Positions 30,246-41,342 of a stretch of DNA of 64,000 bases are shown here, piece by piece. The stretch lies in contig CAWFXA010000003.1 in NCBI GenBank assembly GCA_963819655.1, forward strand, positions 416,001-480,000, written 5' to 3'. Source of the stretch: an uncultured Chloroflexia bacterium. Lineage in GTDB: Bacteria > Chloroflexota > Limnocylindria > Limnocylindrales > CSP1-4. The stretch's first letter is position 1. The number at the start of each line of letters is the position of its first letter. The position numbers were made by a program, and so were the translations under genes. Below the pieces are notes generated by a model that saw only the letters and a list, made by a program, of their open reading frames with translations, did no database searches and was not told the origin of the DNA.

Positions 30246-31606
30246 GGCCCGACCGCCTGCTGACGGTCGAGGCAGCGCTCGAACGCGTGTTCGCCGCGAT
30301 CTCCAGCCCGACTGAACCTGAGCTCGCCTGGCTGTCCGAGTCTCTCGGTCGGGTGGCCGCGGAGCCCGTCACGAGTCCGATCTCGCTGCCACCCTGGGAC
30401 AACTCCGCGATGGACGGCTACGCGATCCGGGCGGCCGATATCGCCGCGGCGACCGAGGACGCGCCGGTCACCCTCGAGGTCACCGGAGAGGTGCGGGCGG
30501 GTCAGGCACCCGACACGACCGTTGGGCGCGGGACCGCGGTCCGCATCGCGACCGGCGCGCCTGTGCCCCCGGGTGCCGACGCGGTCATCCAGGTCGAGGC
30601 CACGACCCCCCTCGACGCGACCGGCGCCCCCGCGGGTGAGCGCGGCCGGGATGCGACGGGTCCACTGCCAGCGCGGATCGCCGCTCACGCGGCCATCCCG
30701 GTCGGGGGCGCGATCCGGCGGCAGGGCAGCGACCTCAGCGCCGGCGCGCCGGTCATCGATGCTGGCACGGTCGTCACGCCTGCGGTCATCGGGCTGGCAG
30801 CGGGTGTCGGACTCGAGAACCTCTACGTCCACCGCCGGCCGCACGTCAGCATCCTGGCGACCGGCGACGAGGTCCGCGGCCGCGGCACCCAGCTCGGTCC
30901 GGCGGGCATCCCCGACGCCAACGGACCGTCGTTGATGGCCATGGTCGAGGCCGCCGGCGGTCACCCGGATACGCTCGGGATCGCGGCGGACCGCTTCGAC
31001 GACGTCCGGGCGCGCCTGTGTGCGGGGCTGGTCGGCGGCGCGGACGCCATCATCGTGTCGGGCGGCGTGTCGGTCGGGCCGTACGACGTCGTGCGCACGG
31101 CGTTCGAGGAGTTCGGCACGATCGATCTGTGGCGGGTCGCCGTCCAGCCTGGGAAGCCATTCGCGTTCGGGACCGCCCGCGCGCCCGGTGACGACGGCAC
31201 CGACCCGGATCGACCGGCGACGCTCCTGTTCGGGCTGCCGGGCAACCCCGTCTCGACGTTCGTGACCTTCGAGCTGTTCGTGCGGCCCGCTCTGCGTCGG
31301 CTCGCCGGCCACCGCGACGACGACATCCATCGGCCGGTCGATCGTGCGGTCCTGACCGAGGACGTCACCAAGAGCAGCGGGCGACGAGGCTTCATCAGGG
31401 TGACGGCGGAGCGCGACGATCGCGGAAGCCCGCGCCGGGACGACCGCGGTCGAGTGCATGTCCGTCTGGCCGGCGGTGCCGGTGGGCAGGGGAGCCACGT
31501 GCTGTCTGCGCTGGCCACGGCCGATGCCCTCGCCGTCATCCCCGAAGAGCACGACACGCTTCCCGCCGGTGCCGAGGTCGAGCTGTGGTGGCTCGACCGG
31601 GCCTGA
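30242..31606 (+). CDS. moeA: Molybdopterin molybdenumtransferase
   Basis: [47 protein letters not shown]. Confidence 0.96.
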   Translation: MRPDRLLTVEAALERVFAAISSPTEPELAWLSESLGRVAAEPVTSPISLPPWDNSAMDGYAIRAADIAAATEDAPVTLEVTGEVRAGQAPDTTVGRGTAVRIATGAPVPPGADAVIQVEATTPLDATGAPAGERGRDATGPLPARIAAHAAIPVGGAIRRQGSDLSAGAPVIDAGTVVTPAVIGLAAGVGLENLYVHRRPHVSILATGDEVRGRGTQLGPAGIPDANGPSLMAMVEAAGGHPDTLGIAADRFDDVRARLCAGLVGGADAIIVSGGVSVGPYDVVRTAFEEFGTIDLWRVAVQPGKPFAFGTARAPGDDGTDPDRPATLLFGLPGNPVSTFVTFELFVRPALRRLAGHRDDDIHRPVDRAVLTEDVTKSSGRRGFIRVTAERDDRGSPRRDDRGRVHVRLAGGAGGQGSHVLSALATADALAVIPEEHDTLPAGAEVELWWLDRA

Positions 31607-31655
31607 CGCGCCGACCGGACGCTCCGCCCATCGACCGGGTCGCTATCCTCGGAGC

Positions 31656-32285
31656 GTGATGGATCCGAAGCCCGGTCGACCGGTCGCCCCCCGCGCGGAG
31701 CGCCGCCGCCTGTCGCACGTCGACCGGACCGGTCGTCCGCGGATGGTCGATGTCTCCGGCAAGCCCGTGACCGCTCGGCGGGCCGTCGCGGAGGCGATCG
31801 TCACGATGTCGGCCGAGACGCTGAGCCTCGTCATCGATGGCGGCGGGCCGAAGGGTGACGTGCTCGGCGTGGCCGAGCTCGCCGGCGTCATGGGTGCCAA
31901 GCGCACCAGCGAACTGATCCCGCTCTGCCATCCGCTGCCGCTGACCGATCTGCAGGTGACGATCACGCCCGACCGGTCGACCAACTCGCTGCGGATCCGG
32001 GCCGAGGCCGCGACGACCGGCCAGACCGGCGTCGAGATGGAGGCGATGACGGCGGTGTCGGTCGCCGCGCTGACCGTGTACGACATGGTCAAGGGCGTCG
32101 AGCGGGGCGTGACGATCGGTGGCGTGCGGCTGTTGGCCAAATCCGGTGGCAAGAGCGGCGACTGGGTGCGTCAGGAGCGCGAGGCACCGAGCGGTCCGGT
32201 CCACCGGCCTGGCGCGCGCTCGGCGGGCAGGATCGCGAAGTCCGGGAAACCCGGCGGTCGGCCGTCGCGGGGTCCGTCGGGATGA
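31656..32285 (+). CDS. moaC: Cyclic pyranopterin monophosphate synthase
   Basis: [42 protein letters not shown]. Confidence 0.96.
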   Translation: MMDPKPGRPVAPRAERRRLSHVDRTGRPRMVDVSGKPVTARRAVAEAIVTMSAETLSLVIDGGGPKGDVLGVAELAGVMGAKRTSELIPLCHPLPLTDLQVTITPDRSTNSLRIRAEAATTGQTGVEMEAMTAVSVAALTVYDMVKGVERGVTIGGVRLLAKSGGKSGDWVRQEREAPSGPVHRPGARSAGRIAKSGKPGGRPSRGPSG

Positions 32286-32758
32286 AGCGAGCCCTCGTCA
32301 TCACGGCCAGCGATCGGGTCAACGAGGGCCTCCGGGAGGACACGTCCGGGACCGGTGTCGGTGAGCGGCTCGAGCTGCTCGGGTTCACGGTCCAGCGCGC
32401 CGTGCTGCCGGACGATCGCGACGCGCTCCGGGAGGTCCTGCGTGCCTCGGCACAATCGCACGACCTCATCGTGACCACGGGCGGAACGGGGTTGACGCCG
32501 CGTGACGTGACGCCGCAGGCGACCACTGACGCGATCGATTACGAGGTGCCGGGTCTGGCCGAGGCGATGCGCGCCGCGGGTCGGAGGTCGACCCCGTTTG
32601 CCGATCTGTCGCGCGGCGTCGTCGGCGTGATCGGCCAGGCATTGGTCGTCAACCTGCCCGGCAGCCCGAAGGGCGCGCTCGAGTCGCTGGTGGCGATCGA
32701 GGCCGTGCTCGACCACGCGCTCGAGACCCTGGCCGGACCGTTCGACCACGACGCATGA
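32282..32758 (+). CDS. MogA/MoaB molybdopterin adenylyltransferase
   Basis: [30 protein letters not shown]. Confidence 0.93.
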   Translation: MKRALVITASDRVNEGLREDTSGTGVGERLELLGFTVQRAVLPDDRDALREVLRASAQSHDLIVTTGGTGLTPRDVTPQATTDAIDYEVPGLAEAMRAAGRRSTPFADLSRGVVGVIGQALVVNLPGSPKGALESLVAIEAVLDHALETLAGPFDHDA

Positions 32759-34887
32759 CGCTGTTCGGCCCGTTCGCAGACGTCCCGTATTACCCTCTCG
32801 TCTTCCCGCTGTTCTACGGCGCCCTCGTGGTGTTCGTGCTGGCGATGGCGCGCCACCTGCGTGTGTTCGCGGCGGTCCGCGCGGAAGGGCCCAGCCCGAA
32901 CGCCGACATCCCGCGGCGGTTCGTCGGCCTGGTCGAGTACGCCTTCATCCAGACGAAGATGTTCAAGGACTGGCGTGCGGGGCTGATGCACGCGGGCATC
33001 TTCTGGGGGTTCGTCCTCCTCACGATCGGCACCGTCAACATCGTCACGGGCGGGATCGTCGAGCAGATCCTGTCGATCCCGCTGGACGGCCTGCTCTGGA
33101 CACTGATCAGCGCGATGCAGAACGTCGTCGCCGTGATCGTGCTGGTCTCGATCGCGTGGGCGTTCGTCCGGCGGCTCATCACGAAGCCGCGCCGGCTGAC
33201 CTACAACCGCGACGCCTTGATCATCCTGTCGATGATCGGCGGGGTCGTGGCGACCGAGCTTCTGGCTGAGGCGTTCGAGTTCGCGGTCCACGGCGACCAG
33301 CCGGGAGCGTTCGTGTCCGCCGCGCTGGCGGAACCGTTGCGGGGCGCCTTCGCGCCAGACACGCTCGATACGCTGTTCGTCTTCTTCTGGTGGGCGCATG
33401 TCGTGCTCGTCGCGGCGTTCCTCGTGTACCTGCCGTTCAGCAAGCACCTCCACATCGCGACCAGCTTCCCGAACATCTGGTTCCGCAAGCTCGCGCCGCG
33501 CGGCGAACTGCCGCAGATGGACCTCGAGGACGAGAACGCGACGTTCGGTCTGAAGACGCTCCAGGATCTCGGCTGGAAGGATCTGCTCGACGGCTTCACC
33601 TGCACCGAATGCGGTCGCTGCCAGCAGGCCTGCCCGGCCTGGAACACCGGGAAGCCGCTCAACCCCAAGACCTTCATCATGGGCATCCGCGACATGTCGG
33701 TCGAAGCGGAGCACGGCCTCAACCTGATCCCGAACTCGCCGATCGTGCGCGAGACGTACGGCCTCGACGACGCGCAACCGGACAGGACCGCCCTGGCCAA
33801 GCCGATCGTCGACGACGCCATCCCATACGAGGCGGTCTGGGACTGCGTCACGTGCGGCGCCTGCGTCGAGGCGTGTCCCGTGCTCATCGAGCACGTCGAC
33901 AAGATCGTCGGGCTGCGCCGGAACCTCGTGCTCGAGGAGTCTCGGTTCCCGCAGGAGCTGACGGCTGCGTTCCGGGCGATGGAGGGGCAGGGCAACCCGT
34001 GGGGTCAGCCGGCATCGACTCGCCTGGACTGGACCAAGCCGCTGCCGTTCGACGTACCGACGGTGTCCGCGCTGGCCGCCGATGGCCGGCTCGATGACCT
34101 CGAGGTCCTGTACTGGGTCGGCTGCGCCGCGGCGTTCGACCCTCGCAACCAGAAGGTGGCGCGTGCCGTGGCGACCTGTCTACACGCGGCCGGTGTGTCG
34201 TTCGCGGTTCTCGGCCAGGAGGAGTCGTGCACGGGTGATCCCGCGCGACGGATGGGTAACGACTATGTGTTCCAGATGCTCGCGACCACGGCGGTCGAGA
34301 CGCTCGACAAGTACCGGATGGGGGAGCGGACGATCGTGACCGCCTGCCCGCATTGCTTCAACACGATCGCCAATGAGTACGGGCAGCTCGGTGGCGCGTT
34401 CCGGGTCGTGCATCACTCGACATTCCTGGCCGAGCTTGTGGCCACCGGGCGGCTGGCGACCCTGCCGGAAGACGCCGCGTCGTCGACGGGCGATCACCGG
34501 CCGGGCAGCGTGACGGTCCACGACTCGTGCTACCTCGCCCGTTACAACGGCATCGTGGCAGCTCCCCGTTCCGTGCTCGGTGCCGCGGGCGTGTCGCTCA
34601 CCGAGATGCCCAAGAGCGGCAAGGACACGTTCTGCTGCGGCGCCGGTGGCGGCCGGATGTGGATGGAGGAGACGCGTGGCACGCGGATCAACGAGGAGCG
34701 GACGCGGCAGGTCCTCGAGACTGGCGCCGCGACGGTCGCGACGGCCTGTCCGTTCTGCATGGTCATGATGAGCGACGGCCTCGCGGCCGCCGATGGCGGC
34801 GCGGACGTTCGCGCGATGGACATCAGCGAAGTCCTGGCGGCCCGGCTCGCGTCCGTGCCGGAGGACCGTCGCCTGCCGGTCGTCTGA
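32755..34887 (+). CDS. Membrane-bound Fe-S oxidoreductase (FadF/HdrD-like)
   Basis: N-terminal TM heme-b-like region (H in [19 protein letters not shown]); [24 protein letters not shown]; CCG domains (CCGAGG, TACPHC, TACPFC). Confidence 0.9.
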   Translation: MTLFGPFADVPYYPLVFPLFYGALVVFVLAMARHLRVFAAVRAEGPSPNADIPRRFVGLVEYAFIQTKMFKDWRAGLMHAGIFWGFVLLTIGTVNIVTGGIVEQILSIPLDGLLWTLISAMQNVVAVIVLVSIAWAFVRRLITKPRRLTYNRDALIILSMIGGVVATELLAEAFEFAVHGDQPGAFVSAALAEPLRGAFAPDTLDTLFVFFWWAHVVLVAAFLVYLPFSKHLHIATSFPNIWFRKLAPRGELPQMDLEDENATFGLKTLQDLGWKDLLDGFTCTECGRCQQACPAWNTGKPLNPKTFIMGIRDMSVEAEHGLNLIPNSPIVRETYGLDDAQPDRTALAKPIVDDAIPYEAVWDCVTCGACVEACPVLIEHVDKIVGLRRNLVLEESRFPQELTAAFRAMEGQGNPWGQPASTRLDWTKPLPFDVPTVSALAADGRLDDLEVLYWVGCAAAFDPRNQKVARAVATCLHAAGVSFAVLGQEESCTGDPARRMGNDYVFQMLATTAVETLDKYRMGERTIVTACPHCFNTIANEYGQLGGAFRVVHHSTFLAELVATGRLATLPEDAASSTGDHRPGSVTVHDSCYLARYNGIVAAPRSVLGAAGVSLTEMPKSGKDTFCCGAGGGRMWMEETRGTRINEERTRQVLETGAATVATACPFCMVMMSDGLAAADGGADVRAMDISEVLAARLASVPEDRRLPVV

Positions 34888-34888
34888 C

Positions 34889-35266
34889 GTGGGCATCGCC
34901 GACGACGCCACGCCCCACGACGCCACGCCTGACGACGCGACGGCCCGCTGGGAGCGCCTCGTCGCGACGATGCTCGCCGAGGGTTCGGCGACCTACGGCA
35001 ACGAGTCAGGTCCGCAGCGCGCGTTCGGGTCGACCTCGCTCAAGACCGACGGGAAGATCTTCGCGATGCTCGTGAAGGGCGGGCTTGTCGTGAAGCTCTC
35101 GGCGGCTCGCGTCGAGGAGCTCGTGGCAGACGGCAGTTGCGATCGCTTCGATCCGGGCCACGGGCGGATCCAGAAGGAGTGGCTCGCGGTCGGTGGCGCC
35201 GATCCGGGACAGTGGCACGCCCTTGCGACCGAATCGGAAGCGTTCGTCGCCAAGAGGGCGAAATAG
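34889..35266 (+). CDS. TfoX-N/YjbR-like small protein
   Basis: FGS..LK.DGKIFAM, LVVKL...RV.EL, KEW; start uncertain; DDATP-like repeat x3 at the N-terminus. Confidence 0.7.
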   Translation: MGIADDATPHDATPDDATARWERLVATMLAEGSATYGNESGPQRAFGSTSLKTDGKIFAMLVKGGLVVKLSAARVEELVADGSCDRFDPGHGRIQKEWLAVGGADPGQWHALATESEAFVAKRAK

Positions 35267-35280
35267 GCGAAGCCGACCTG

Positions 35281-35460
35281 CGACCATGAAGTACGCGGAT
35301 CAGGGCGACCATATGTCGACCCGACGGTCCGAATCCGCCGATCTCGTGACATCCGGGCACGCCTCCACGCACGGCACACGGCCACGGTCGAGAGTCGTCG
35401 GCCTCCTCGACACCGCCCGACGGACATACGGTCGTGGTGAAACGCGATATGCATGATTCG
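35281..35460. repeat. Inverted-repeat element, copy C (opposite orientation to A/B)
   Basis: Begins cgaccatgaagtacgcg-N7-gcgaccatatgtcga (reverse complement of the A/B right end); degenerate other end cggacatacggtcg-N8-cgcgatatgcatgattcg. Confidence 0.7.
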
Positions 35461-35463
35461 ACC

Positions 35464-36237
35464 ATGGACGACACGGATCTCCCCGGCCTCACCGATCATG
35501 AAGCCCAGAACCGGGCGTCCTGGAACGCCGACAGTGACGACTACCAGGCCCGGCATGGCCAACAACTCGCGGCCAGCACGGGTCTCGCGTGGGGTGTCAT
35601 GCAGCTCCCCGAAGCGGACCTTCGCGTCCTGGGCGACGTTGCCGGCAAGGACATCCTCGAGCTCGGGTGCGGGGCGGCGCAGTGGTCGATCGCGCTGGCG
35701 CGGCTGGGAGCGCGCCCGGTCGGGATCGACCTGTCCGAGCGCCAGCTCGATCACGCGCGACGGCTGATGGCGGAGGCCGGGGTCGATTTCCCACTCATCC
35801 ATGGCACCGCCGAGCGGGTCCCGCTGCCCGACGCGTCGTTCGACATCGTGTTCTGCGACCACGGCGCGATGACCTTTGCCGATCCGTATCGGACCGTGCC
35901 GGAGGCCGCGCGACTGCTCCGGTCGGGCGGCCTGTTCGCGTTCAGCCATCACACCCCGATCGAATCGATCGCGTGGCCGCTCGATTCCGACACTGTCGGC
36001 GACCGGCTCGTCGTCGACTACTTCGGGATGCATCGACTCGATGACGGCGAGTCCTCGACATTCCAGCTGCCCTACGGCGAGTGGATCCGGCTGTTCCGAT
36101 CAAACGGGCTGATCGTGGAAGACCTGATCGAGACGCGGCCGGCGGAGGGCGCGACGAGCTCGTACCGGACCGGGGAGGAGCTCGCGTGGGCGCGGCGCTG
36201 GCCGGCCGAGGAGATCTGGCGGGTGCGCAAAGCCTGA
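35464..36237 (+). CDS. Class I SAM-dependent methyltransferase
   Basis: ILELGCGAAQ, GIDLS, PLPDASFDIV, LRSGG.F. Confidence 0.92.
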   Translation: MDDTDLPGLTDHEAQNRASWNADSDDYQARHGQQLAASTGLAWGVMQLPEADLRVLGDVAGKDILELGCGAAQWSIALARLGARPVGIDLSERQLDHARRLMAEAGVDFPLIHGTAERVPLPDASFDIVFCDHGAMTFADPYRTVPEAARLLRSGGLFAFSHHTPIESIAWPLDSDTVGDRLVVDYFGMHRLDDGESSTFQLPYGEWIRLFRSNGLIVEDLIETRPAEGATSSYRTGEELAWARRWPAEEIWRVRKA

Positions 36238-36286
36238 AGCGGGCGGATCGCGGGGCGCGGGTCGCGGAGCGCGCGTCCCGGCGCCG

Positions 36287-36511
36287 CTACCCCGGCAGCC
36301 GCTTTCCGCAGTTCAGGCAGTTCGAGTCGGTGACCAGGTTGCCCGTCCCGCACGACGGGCAACGTTTCATGCCTTCGGTGCTGGTCGCGAAGGGCGATTC
36401 ACGCTTGGCGTCCTCGACCGTGCGGCGGTCCCTGCGCAGGATCGCGAGGACGGCGAGCATCCCGGTGACGGCCGCGATGACCAGCACGAGGAGTTGCGTG
36501 GACTGATCCAT
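36287..36511 (-). CDS. Small membrane protein with C-terminal zinc ribbon
   Basis: N-terminal TM; CPSC-x10-CLNC; GGAGG RBS. Confidence 0.75.
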   Translation of the reverse strand: MDQSTQLLVLVIAAVTGMLAVLAILRRDRRTVEDAKRESPFATSTEGMKRCPSCGTGNLVTDSNCLNCGKRLPG

Positions 36512-36638
36512 CGAGGCCTCCGGACATCAGGCACCGACCCCCGTGGCGGCGCGTGGCGTCCCGCGGCGAAGGGTAGTACGCGCGCCGCGCCCAGACCAGA
36601 TGGAGGCGCAGCCTATGACCCGCGGTACGATGCCGCCG

Positions 36639-37820
36639 GTGACAACCGCGAGCCGCGCCCCCGGGCCCTTCCGCCTCACCGACGAGCACGAGATGCTCCG
36701 AGACGCCGTCCGCGTGCTGGCGGATGAGCGGGTCGCGCCGCGGGCCGCCGAGATCGACAAGACCGGCGAGTTCCCCGAGGACATGCGCCGGTTGCTCGCC
36801 GACCACGACATCCTCGCGCTCCCGTTCCCGACCGAGCACGGTGGCCTCGGCGGAGAGCTGCTGAGCGTCTGTCTCGCCGTCGAGCAGCTCAGCCGCGCCT
36901 GCGCGACGACCGGCCTGATCCTCGCCGTGCAGGAGCTGGGCTCGCTGCCGATCACGATCGCCGGGACGCCCGAGCAGCAGGCGCGCTGGTTCCCGAAGCT
37001 CGCGAGCGGCGAGCACCTCATCGCCTTCGCGCTGACGGAGGCCGAGGCCGGCTCGGATGCGGCCGCCGCGCGGACGACTGCCCGCGCCGAGCCCGGCGGC
37101 GAGGGTTATGTCATCGATGGATCGAAGCGTTTCATCAGCCAGGGCTCAGTCGCCGACCTCGTCGTCGTCTTCGCCGTCACGAAGCCCGACGCGCCGCGTC
37201 ACGAGCGCCTCAGCGCGTTCGTGGTCGAGGTCCCGACCGAGGGCTTCTCGGTCAGCCGGCTCGAGCACAAGATGGGCATCCGCGGCAGTCCGACCGCCGA
37301 ACTGGCCTTCACGAGCATGCGCGTCCCGGCGGCGAACCGGCTCGGCGACGAGGGCAGCGGCTGGGACATCGCGATGCGGACGCTCGATCGCAGTCGACCG
37401 GGCATCGCCGCCCAGGCTGTCGGCCTCGCACAGGGCGCGCTCGAGGTCGCGACCGACTACGCCCGCGAGCGCAAGCAGTTCGGGCAGCGGATCGGTGACT
37501 TCCAGCAGATCGCCGCGATGCTGGCCGACATGGACGCCCAGACCGAGGCCGCCCGGCAGCTGCTCTACAAGGCCTGCGTCGAGATCGATGCCGGGGCACC
37601 GGACGCGAGTCGGTGGTCGGCGATGTGTAAACTCGTGGCCGGTGACACCGCGATGCGAGTCACCACGGACGCCGTCCAGGTCCTCGGGGGCTACGGCTAC
37701 ATCGACGAGTTCCCGGTCGAGCGGATGATGCGCGACGCGAAGATCACCCAGCTCTACGAGGGGACGCAGCAGATCCAACGACTCGTGATCGCGCGATCCC
37801 TGCTCGGCAAGGGCGGTTGA
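36639..37820 (+). CDS. Acyl-CoA dehydrogenase
   Basis: FALTEAEAGSD, GSKRFIS, KMGIRGS.T, RKQFG, LGGYGY..EFPVER.MRDAKI..LYEGT; alternative start at 36615. Confidence 0.95.
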   Translation: MTTASRAPGPFRLTDEHEMLRDAVRVLADERVAPRAAEIDKTGEFPEDMRRLLADHDILALPFPTEHGGLGGELLSVCLAVEQLSRACATTGLILAVQELGSLPITIAGTPEQQARWFPKLASGEHLIAFALTEAEAGSDAAAARTTARAEPGGEGYVIDGSKRFISQGSVADLVVVFAVTKPDAPRHERLSAFVVEVPTEGFSVSRLEHKMGIRGSPTAELAFTSMRVPAANRLGDEGSGWDIAMRTLDRSRPGIAAQAVGLAQGALEVATDYARERKQFGQRIGDFQQIAAMLADMDAQTEAARQLLYKACVEIDAGAPDASRWSAMCKLVAGDTAMRVTTDAVQVLGGYGYIDEFPVERMMRDAKITQLYEGTQQIQRLVIARSLLGKGG

Positions 37821-37853
37821 TCGAGGCGACGCCCAGGGAGGTCTGATCGGCTC

Positions 37854-38645
37854 GTGCGTATCGTCGTCCTCACGAAACCCGTCCCGGACCCGGCATCTGG
37901 CGGGGAACGGCTCGGTCCCGACGGTCGGCTCGATCGGGCGAACAGCCCCGCCGTCGTCAACGGCAACGACGAATACGTGCTCGAAAAGGCGCTCAAGCTC
38001 GTCGAGGCGGCCGGTGAGGGCGAGGTCGTCCTGCTGACGATGGCACCGGCCACCGCCCCTGAGACCATGCGCAAGGCACTCGCGATGGGTGCCACCAGCG
38101 GGGTCCTCGTCACCGACCCGGCGATCGAGGGCAGCGACACGGTCGCGACCACGAGGATCCTCGCGGCCGCGCTCAAGACCCTGGAATTCGACTTGGTCTT
38201 CGCCGGAGTCGATACGTCCGACGGCACGTCCGGCCTCGTCGCGCCCGGCGTGGCGGTCCTGACCGGGCTCCCGTATCTCTCCTACGCCGCGACCATCGAG
38301 CCTGACGCGAACGCGCGCACGGTCCGTGTCCGGCGCATCACCGCCGACGGATACGACGTCCTCGAGGCCCCGATGCCCGCACTGATCTCGGGCACGCAGG
38401 CCCTCGGCGAGCCGCGCTACCCGTCGCTCAAGGGGATCATGGCGGCGCGCTCGAAGGAGATCACGACGATCGGCCTGAGCGATCTCGGGATCGACCCGGC
38501 GACGGTCGGGTTGGCCGGTGCCACGACGAAGGTCGTCGGGTCGCAGGCGCCCGAGCCGAGGGCGGCCACCCGCGTCGTCCGCGAGGCGCCCGACGAGGCG
38601 GCACGCCAGGTCGTCGCCCTCCTCGCCGACCGTCGGATCATCTGA
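37854..38645 (+). CDS. etfB: Electron transfer flavoprotein beta subunit
   Basis: KPVPD, DEYVLE.AL, RKALAMGA, PRYPSLKGIMAA. Confidence 0.95.
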   Translation: MRIVVLTKPVPDPASGGERLGPDGRLDRANSPAVVNGNDEYVLEKALKLVEAAGEGEVVLLTMAPATAPETMRKALAMGATSGVLVTDPAIEGSDTVATTRILAAALKTLEFDLVFAGVDTSDGTSGLVAPGVAVLTGLPYLSYAATIEPDANARTVRVRRITADGYDVLEAPMPALISGTQALGEPRYPSLKGIMAARSKEITTIGLSDLGIDPATVGLAGATTKVVGSQAPEPRAATRVVREAPDEAARQVVALLADRRII

Positions 38646-39625
38646 TGGCGGGTATCTGGGTCCACGGCGAGATCGCCGGCGACGGTTCGCTCGCCAAGCT
38701 CAGCACCGAGGTCGCGACGCTCGCCCGCGCGATCGCCGCCGACACGGGGGGAGCCGAGGTCACAGGCATCGTGATCGGGTCCAAGCCATCGATCGCCGCG
38801 GAGGAACTGGCGCGCTTCGTTCCGAAGGTCCTGACCGTCACAGAGCCGACCACCGCGGATCACGCCGCCGGCATGATCGTCGCACAACGGCTGGCGGCAC
38901 TCATCCAGGCGCACAAGCCCGACATCGTCATGACCGGCGCGGGTCCCGAGGGTCGCGACCTGGCGGGCGCCCTGTCGGCGCTGACCGGGTGGGGCGTGCT
39001 TGCCAACGCCACCGGGTTGAAGGGCGGCCCGGACGGCCCGGTCGCGACGCATTCGGTGTTCGGCGGCAAGCTCCTCACCGAGAGCGCGCTGTCGGTCGGG
39101 AAGGGCATCGTGACCGTGCGTCCCAACAGCGTCACGGCCGCGCCGGCCGACGCCGCCGGGACCGTCGAGACCGCCACGGCATCCGGCGATCTCGCTCAGC
39201 CCGACGTGCCGGTCGTCGAGCGCCTGCCAGCCGAGAGCAAGGCGGCCTCGATCGACGACGCGCGGATCATCGTCGCCGGCGGGCGCGGCGTGGGCGGTCC
39301 GGACGGCTTTGGTCTGATCGAGGAGCTTGCGGCGGCGCTCGGGGGGGCCGTCGGGGCTACCCGAGCGGCTGTCGATTCTGGCTGGATTCCCTATAGCCAA
39401 CAGATCGGCCAGACCGGCAAGATCGTCAAGCCGCAGCTCTACCTGGCGATGGGCATCAGCGGCGCCATCCAGCACAAGGTCGGCATGCAGACTGCGTCGA
39501 CGATCGTTGCAGTGAACCGGGATCCCGATGCGCCCATCGCGGATTTCGCCGACATGATCGTGATCGGCGATCTCGTCGAGGTCGGCACCGCCATCCTGGC
39601 CGAGCTTCGGGCACGGACGAGTTGA
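38645..39625 (+). CDS. etfA: Electron transfer flavoprotein alpha subunit
   Basis: AGGRG, GATRAAVDSGW, QIGQTGKIV.P.LY.A.GISGAIQH. Confidence 0.96.
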   Translation: MAGIWVHGEIAGDGSLAKLSTEVATLARAIAADTGGAEVTGIVIGSKPSIAAEELARFVPKVLTVTEPTTADHAAGMIVAQRLAALIQAHKPDIVMTGAGPEGRDLAGALSALTGWGVLANATGLKGGPDGPVATHSVFGGKLLTESALSVGKGIVTVRPNSVTAAPADAAGTVETATASGDLAQPDVPVVERLPAESKAASIDDARIIVAGGRGVGGPDGFGLIEELAAALGGAVGATRAAVDSGWIPYSQQIGQTGKIVKPQLYLAMGISGAIQHKVGMQTASTIVAVNRDPDAPIADFADMIVIGDLVEVGTAILAELRARTS

Positions 39626-39629
39626 AGCG

Positions 39630-40220
39630 GTGCGCGCCTTCATGACCGTCGGCGAGCTGACGGTCATGCTGCCCGTCGCCGCGTTCGTCGCCCTGGCGCT
39701 GGGAGTCCTCATCGTCCTGCGGCGGGCCGGCCGGATCGTGGCACGTACCCGCGAGGTGGAGGGTTTCCGGTCGTCGGTCCGGGACCTCACGGCGCGGATC
39801 GACCAGTCGCTCGAGGGCGCCACCGGCCGCATCGATGCCGTCCGCCGGGGTCAGCTCGGCGCCGACACGATCGGCCCGACGATCGAGGCCGCGACCGACG
39901 CGGTCGCCCGCTATGCCGACGAGGCCCGCGCTCTGAAGGGCCCGCCGGCGGGCATCCCCATCCGCGATGCGATCGTCGAGGAGCTCGAGCGTGCCGAGCG
40001 TGCGCTTGGCATGGTCGACCACGGGGCGAAGATCCTGGCCCAGGTTCGTCGGCGCGGGCGGGAGGTCGAGGCCCAGACGTCGATCAAGCGCGGGTACCTC
40101 AACCTCGTCCATGCCCGAGATGCGATCGGCCGTCACGCCGAGGCCGCCCGCGGGCTCGAGGTGCAGCCGCCGGACCAGCCGGCCAAGGGGTCCGTCCCGG
40201 CGAGCCAATCTCGCCCCTGA
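39630..40220 (+). CDS. Membrane-anchored helical hypothetical protein
   Basis: N-terminal TM followed by amphipathic helices; start could be 39642. Confidence 0.7.
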   Translation: MRAFMTVGELTVMLPVAAFVALALGVLIVLRRAGRIVARTREVEGFRSSVRDLTARIDQSLEGATGRIDAVRRGQLGADTIGPTIEAATDAVARYADEARALKGPPAGIPIRDAIVEELERAERALGMVDHGAKILAQVRRRGREVEAQTSIKRGYLNLVHARDAIGRHAEAARGLEVQPPDQPAKGSVPASQSRP

Positions 40221-40267
40221 CCACACCATGTAGTGGTATGCTCGTCCCACACCACAAGTGGTAGTGG
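40220..40267 (+). promoter_or_regulatory. Tandem NrdR-box-like sites overlapping an extended -10 (TGgTATGCT)
   Basis: accacaccatgtagtggt (40220-40237) and acaccacaagtggtagtg (~40249-40266) resemble the NrdR consensus acaCwAtATaTwGtg; directly upstream of nrdR. Confidence 0.75.
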
Positions 40268-40288
40268 TGGTCGAGCCACAGGAGAGCG

Positions 40289-40765
40289 ATGCGTTGCCCC
40301 CAATGCGGCGACCGGGACACCCGGGTCGTCGACTCCCGCGACCTGGATGACTCGGCGACCATCCGTCGACGCCGAGAGTGCATTTCGTGCACGACGCGGT
40401 TCACCACGTACGAACGGATCGAGGCGGCCCGGCTCGTCGTCGTGAAGCGCGACGGGACGCGGCAGGAGTTCGACCGTGAGCGGCTCGCCACCGGCCTGCG
40501 CAAAGCCCTGACCCGGCGCCCCGTCCCGGACGACGCCGCCGAGGCGGCCGCGGACCGGATCGAGGCGGAGCTTCGTGCCGCGGGTATGACCGAGGTGCCG
40601 TCGTCGCGCGTCGGCGCGCTGGCGATGGAGCAGCTCCGCGGCCTCGACCAGATCGCCTACATCCGCTTCGCCAGTGTCTACCAGAGCTTCGAGGACCTCG
40701 AGGACCTCAAGCGCGAGGTCGACAGCCTGTACGCCGAGAAGGGCAACGGGACGCACGCCAGGTGA
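40289..40765 (+). CDS. nrdR: Transcriptional repressor NrdR
   Basis: [30 protein letters not shown]-cone [15 protein letters not shown]. Confidence 0.98.
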   Translation: MRCPQCGDRDTRVVDSRDLDDSATIRRRRECISCTTRFTTYERIEAARLVVVKRDGTRQEFDRERLATGLRKALTRRPVPDDAAEAAADRIEAELRAAGMTEVPSSRVGALAMEQLRGLDQIAYIRFASVYQSFEDLEDLKREVDSLYAEKGNGTHAR

Positions 40766-41337
40766 GCGTCCTTTCCGATCGTGACATTCGGGCCGCGCTC
40801 GAAGCAGGCGAGGTCCGTATCGACCCATACGACCCCCAAGATCTGCAACCCTCCTCCGTCGACCTGCATCTCGATCGCTCGTTCCGCGTCTTTCGCAACA
40901 ACCGCTACCCATACATCGATGTCCGCAAGCCTCAGCCGGACCTGACCGAGCTGCTCAACGTCGGCGATGACGAGCAATTCATCCTGCATCCCGGCGAGTT
41001 CGTGCTCGGCCAGACCCTTGAGTGGGTCGAGCTGCCGAACGACCTCGTCGCCCGCCTCGAAGGCCGGAGCTCGCTGGGCCGCCTCGGGCTGCTGATCCAC
41101 TCCACGGCGGGTTACGTCGACCCGGGCTGGAAGGGCAACCTGACGCTCGAGCTGTCGAACGTCGCCAATCTGCCGATCGCGCTCTACTACGGCATGCGCA
41201 TCGGCCAGATCTCGTTCTTCAAGATGTCCTCACCGGTCGATCGACCGTACGGGTCGCCGGAGCTGCGCTCGCGCTACCAGGGCCAGAAGGAACCGACCGC
41301 CTCGGCCTTCCACAAGGACTTCGACGGGGATCGCTAG
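40762..41337 (+). CDS. dcd: dCTP deaminase
   Basis: [41 protein letters not shown]. Confidence 0.97.
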   Translation: MSVLSDRDIRAALEAGEVRIDPYDPQDLQPSSVDLHLDRSFRVFRNNRYPYIDVRKPQPDLTELLNVGDDEQFILHPGEFVLGQTLEWVELPNDLVARLEGRSSLGRLGLLIHSTAGYVDPGWKGNLTLELSNVANLPIALYYGMRIGQISFFKMSSPVDRPYGSPELRSRYQGQKEPTASAFHKDFDGDR

Positions 41338-41342
41338 ACCAC

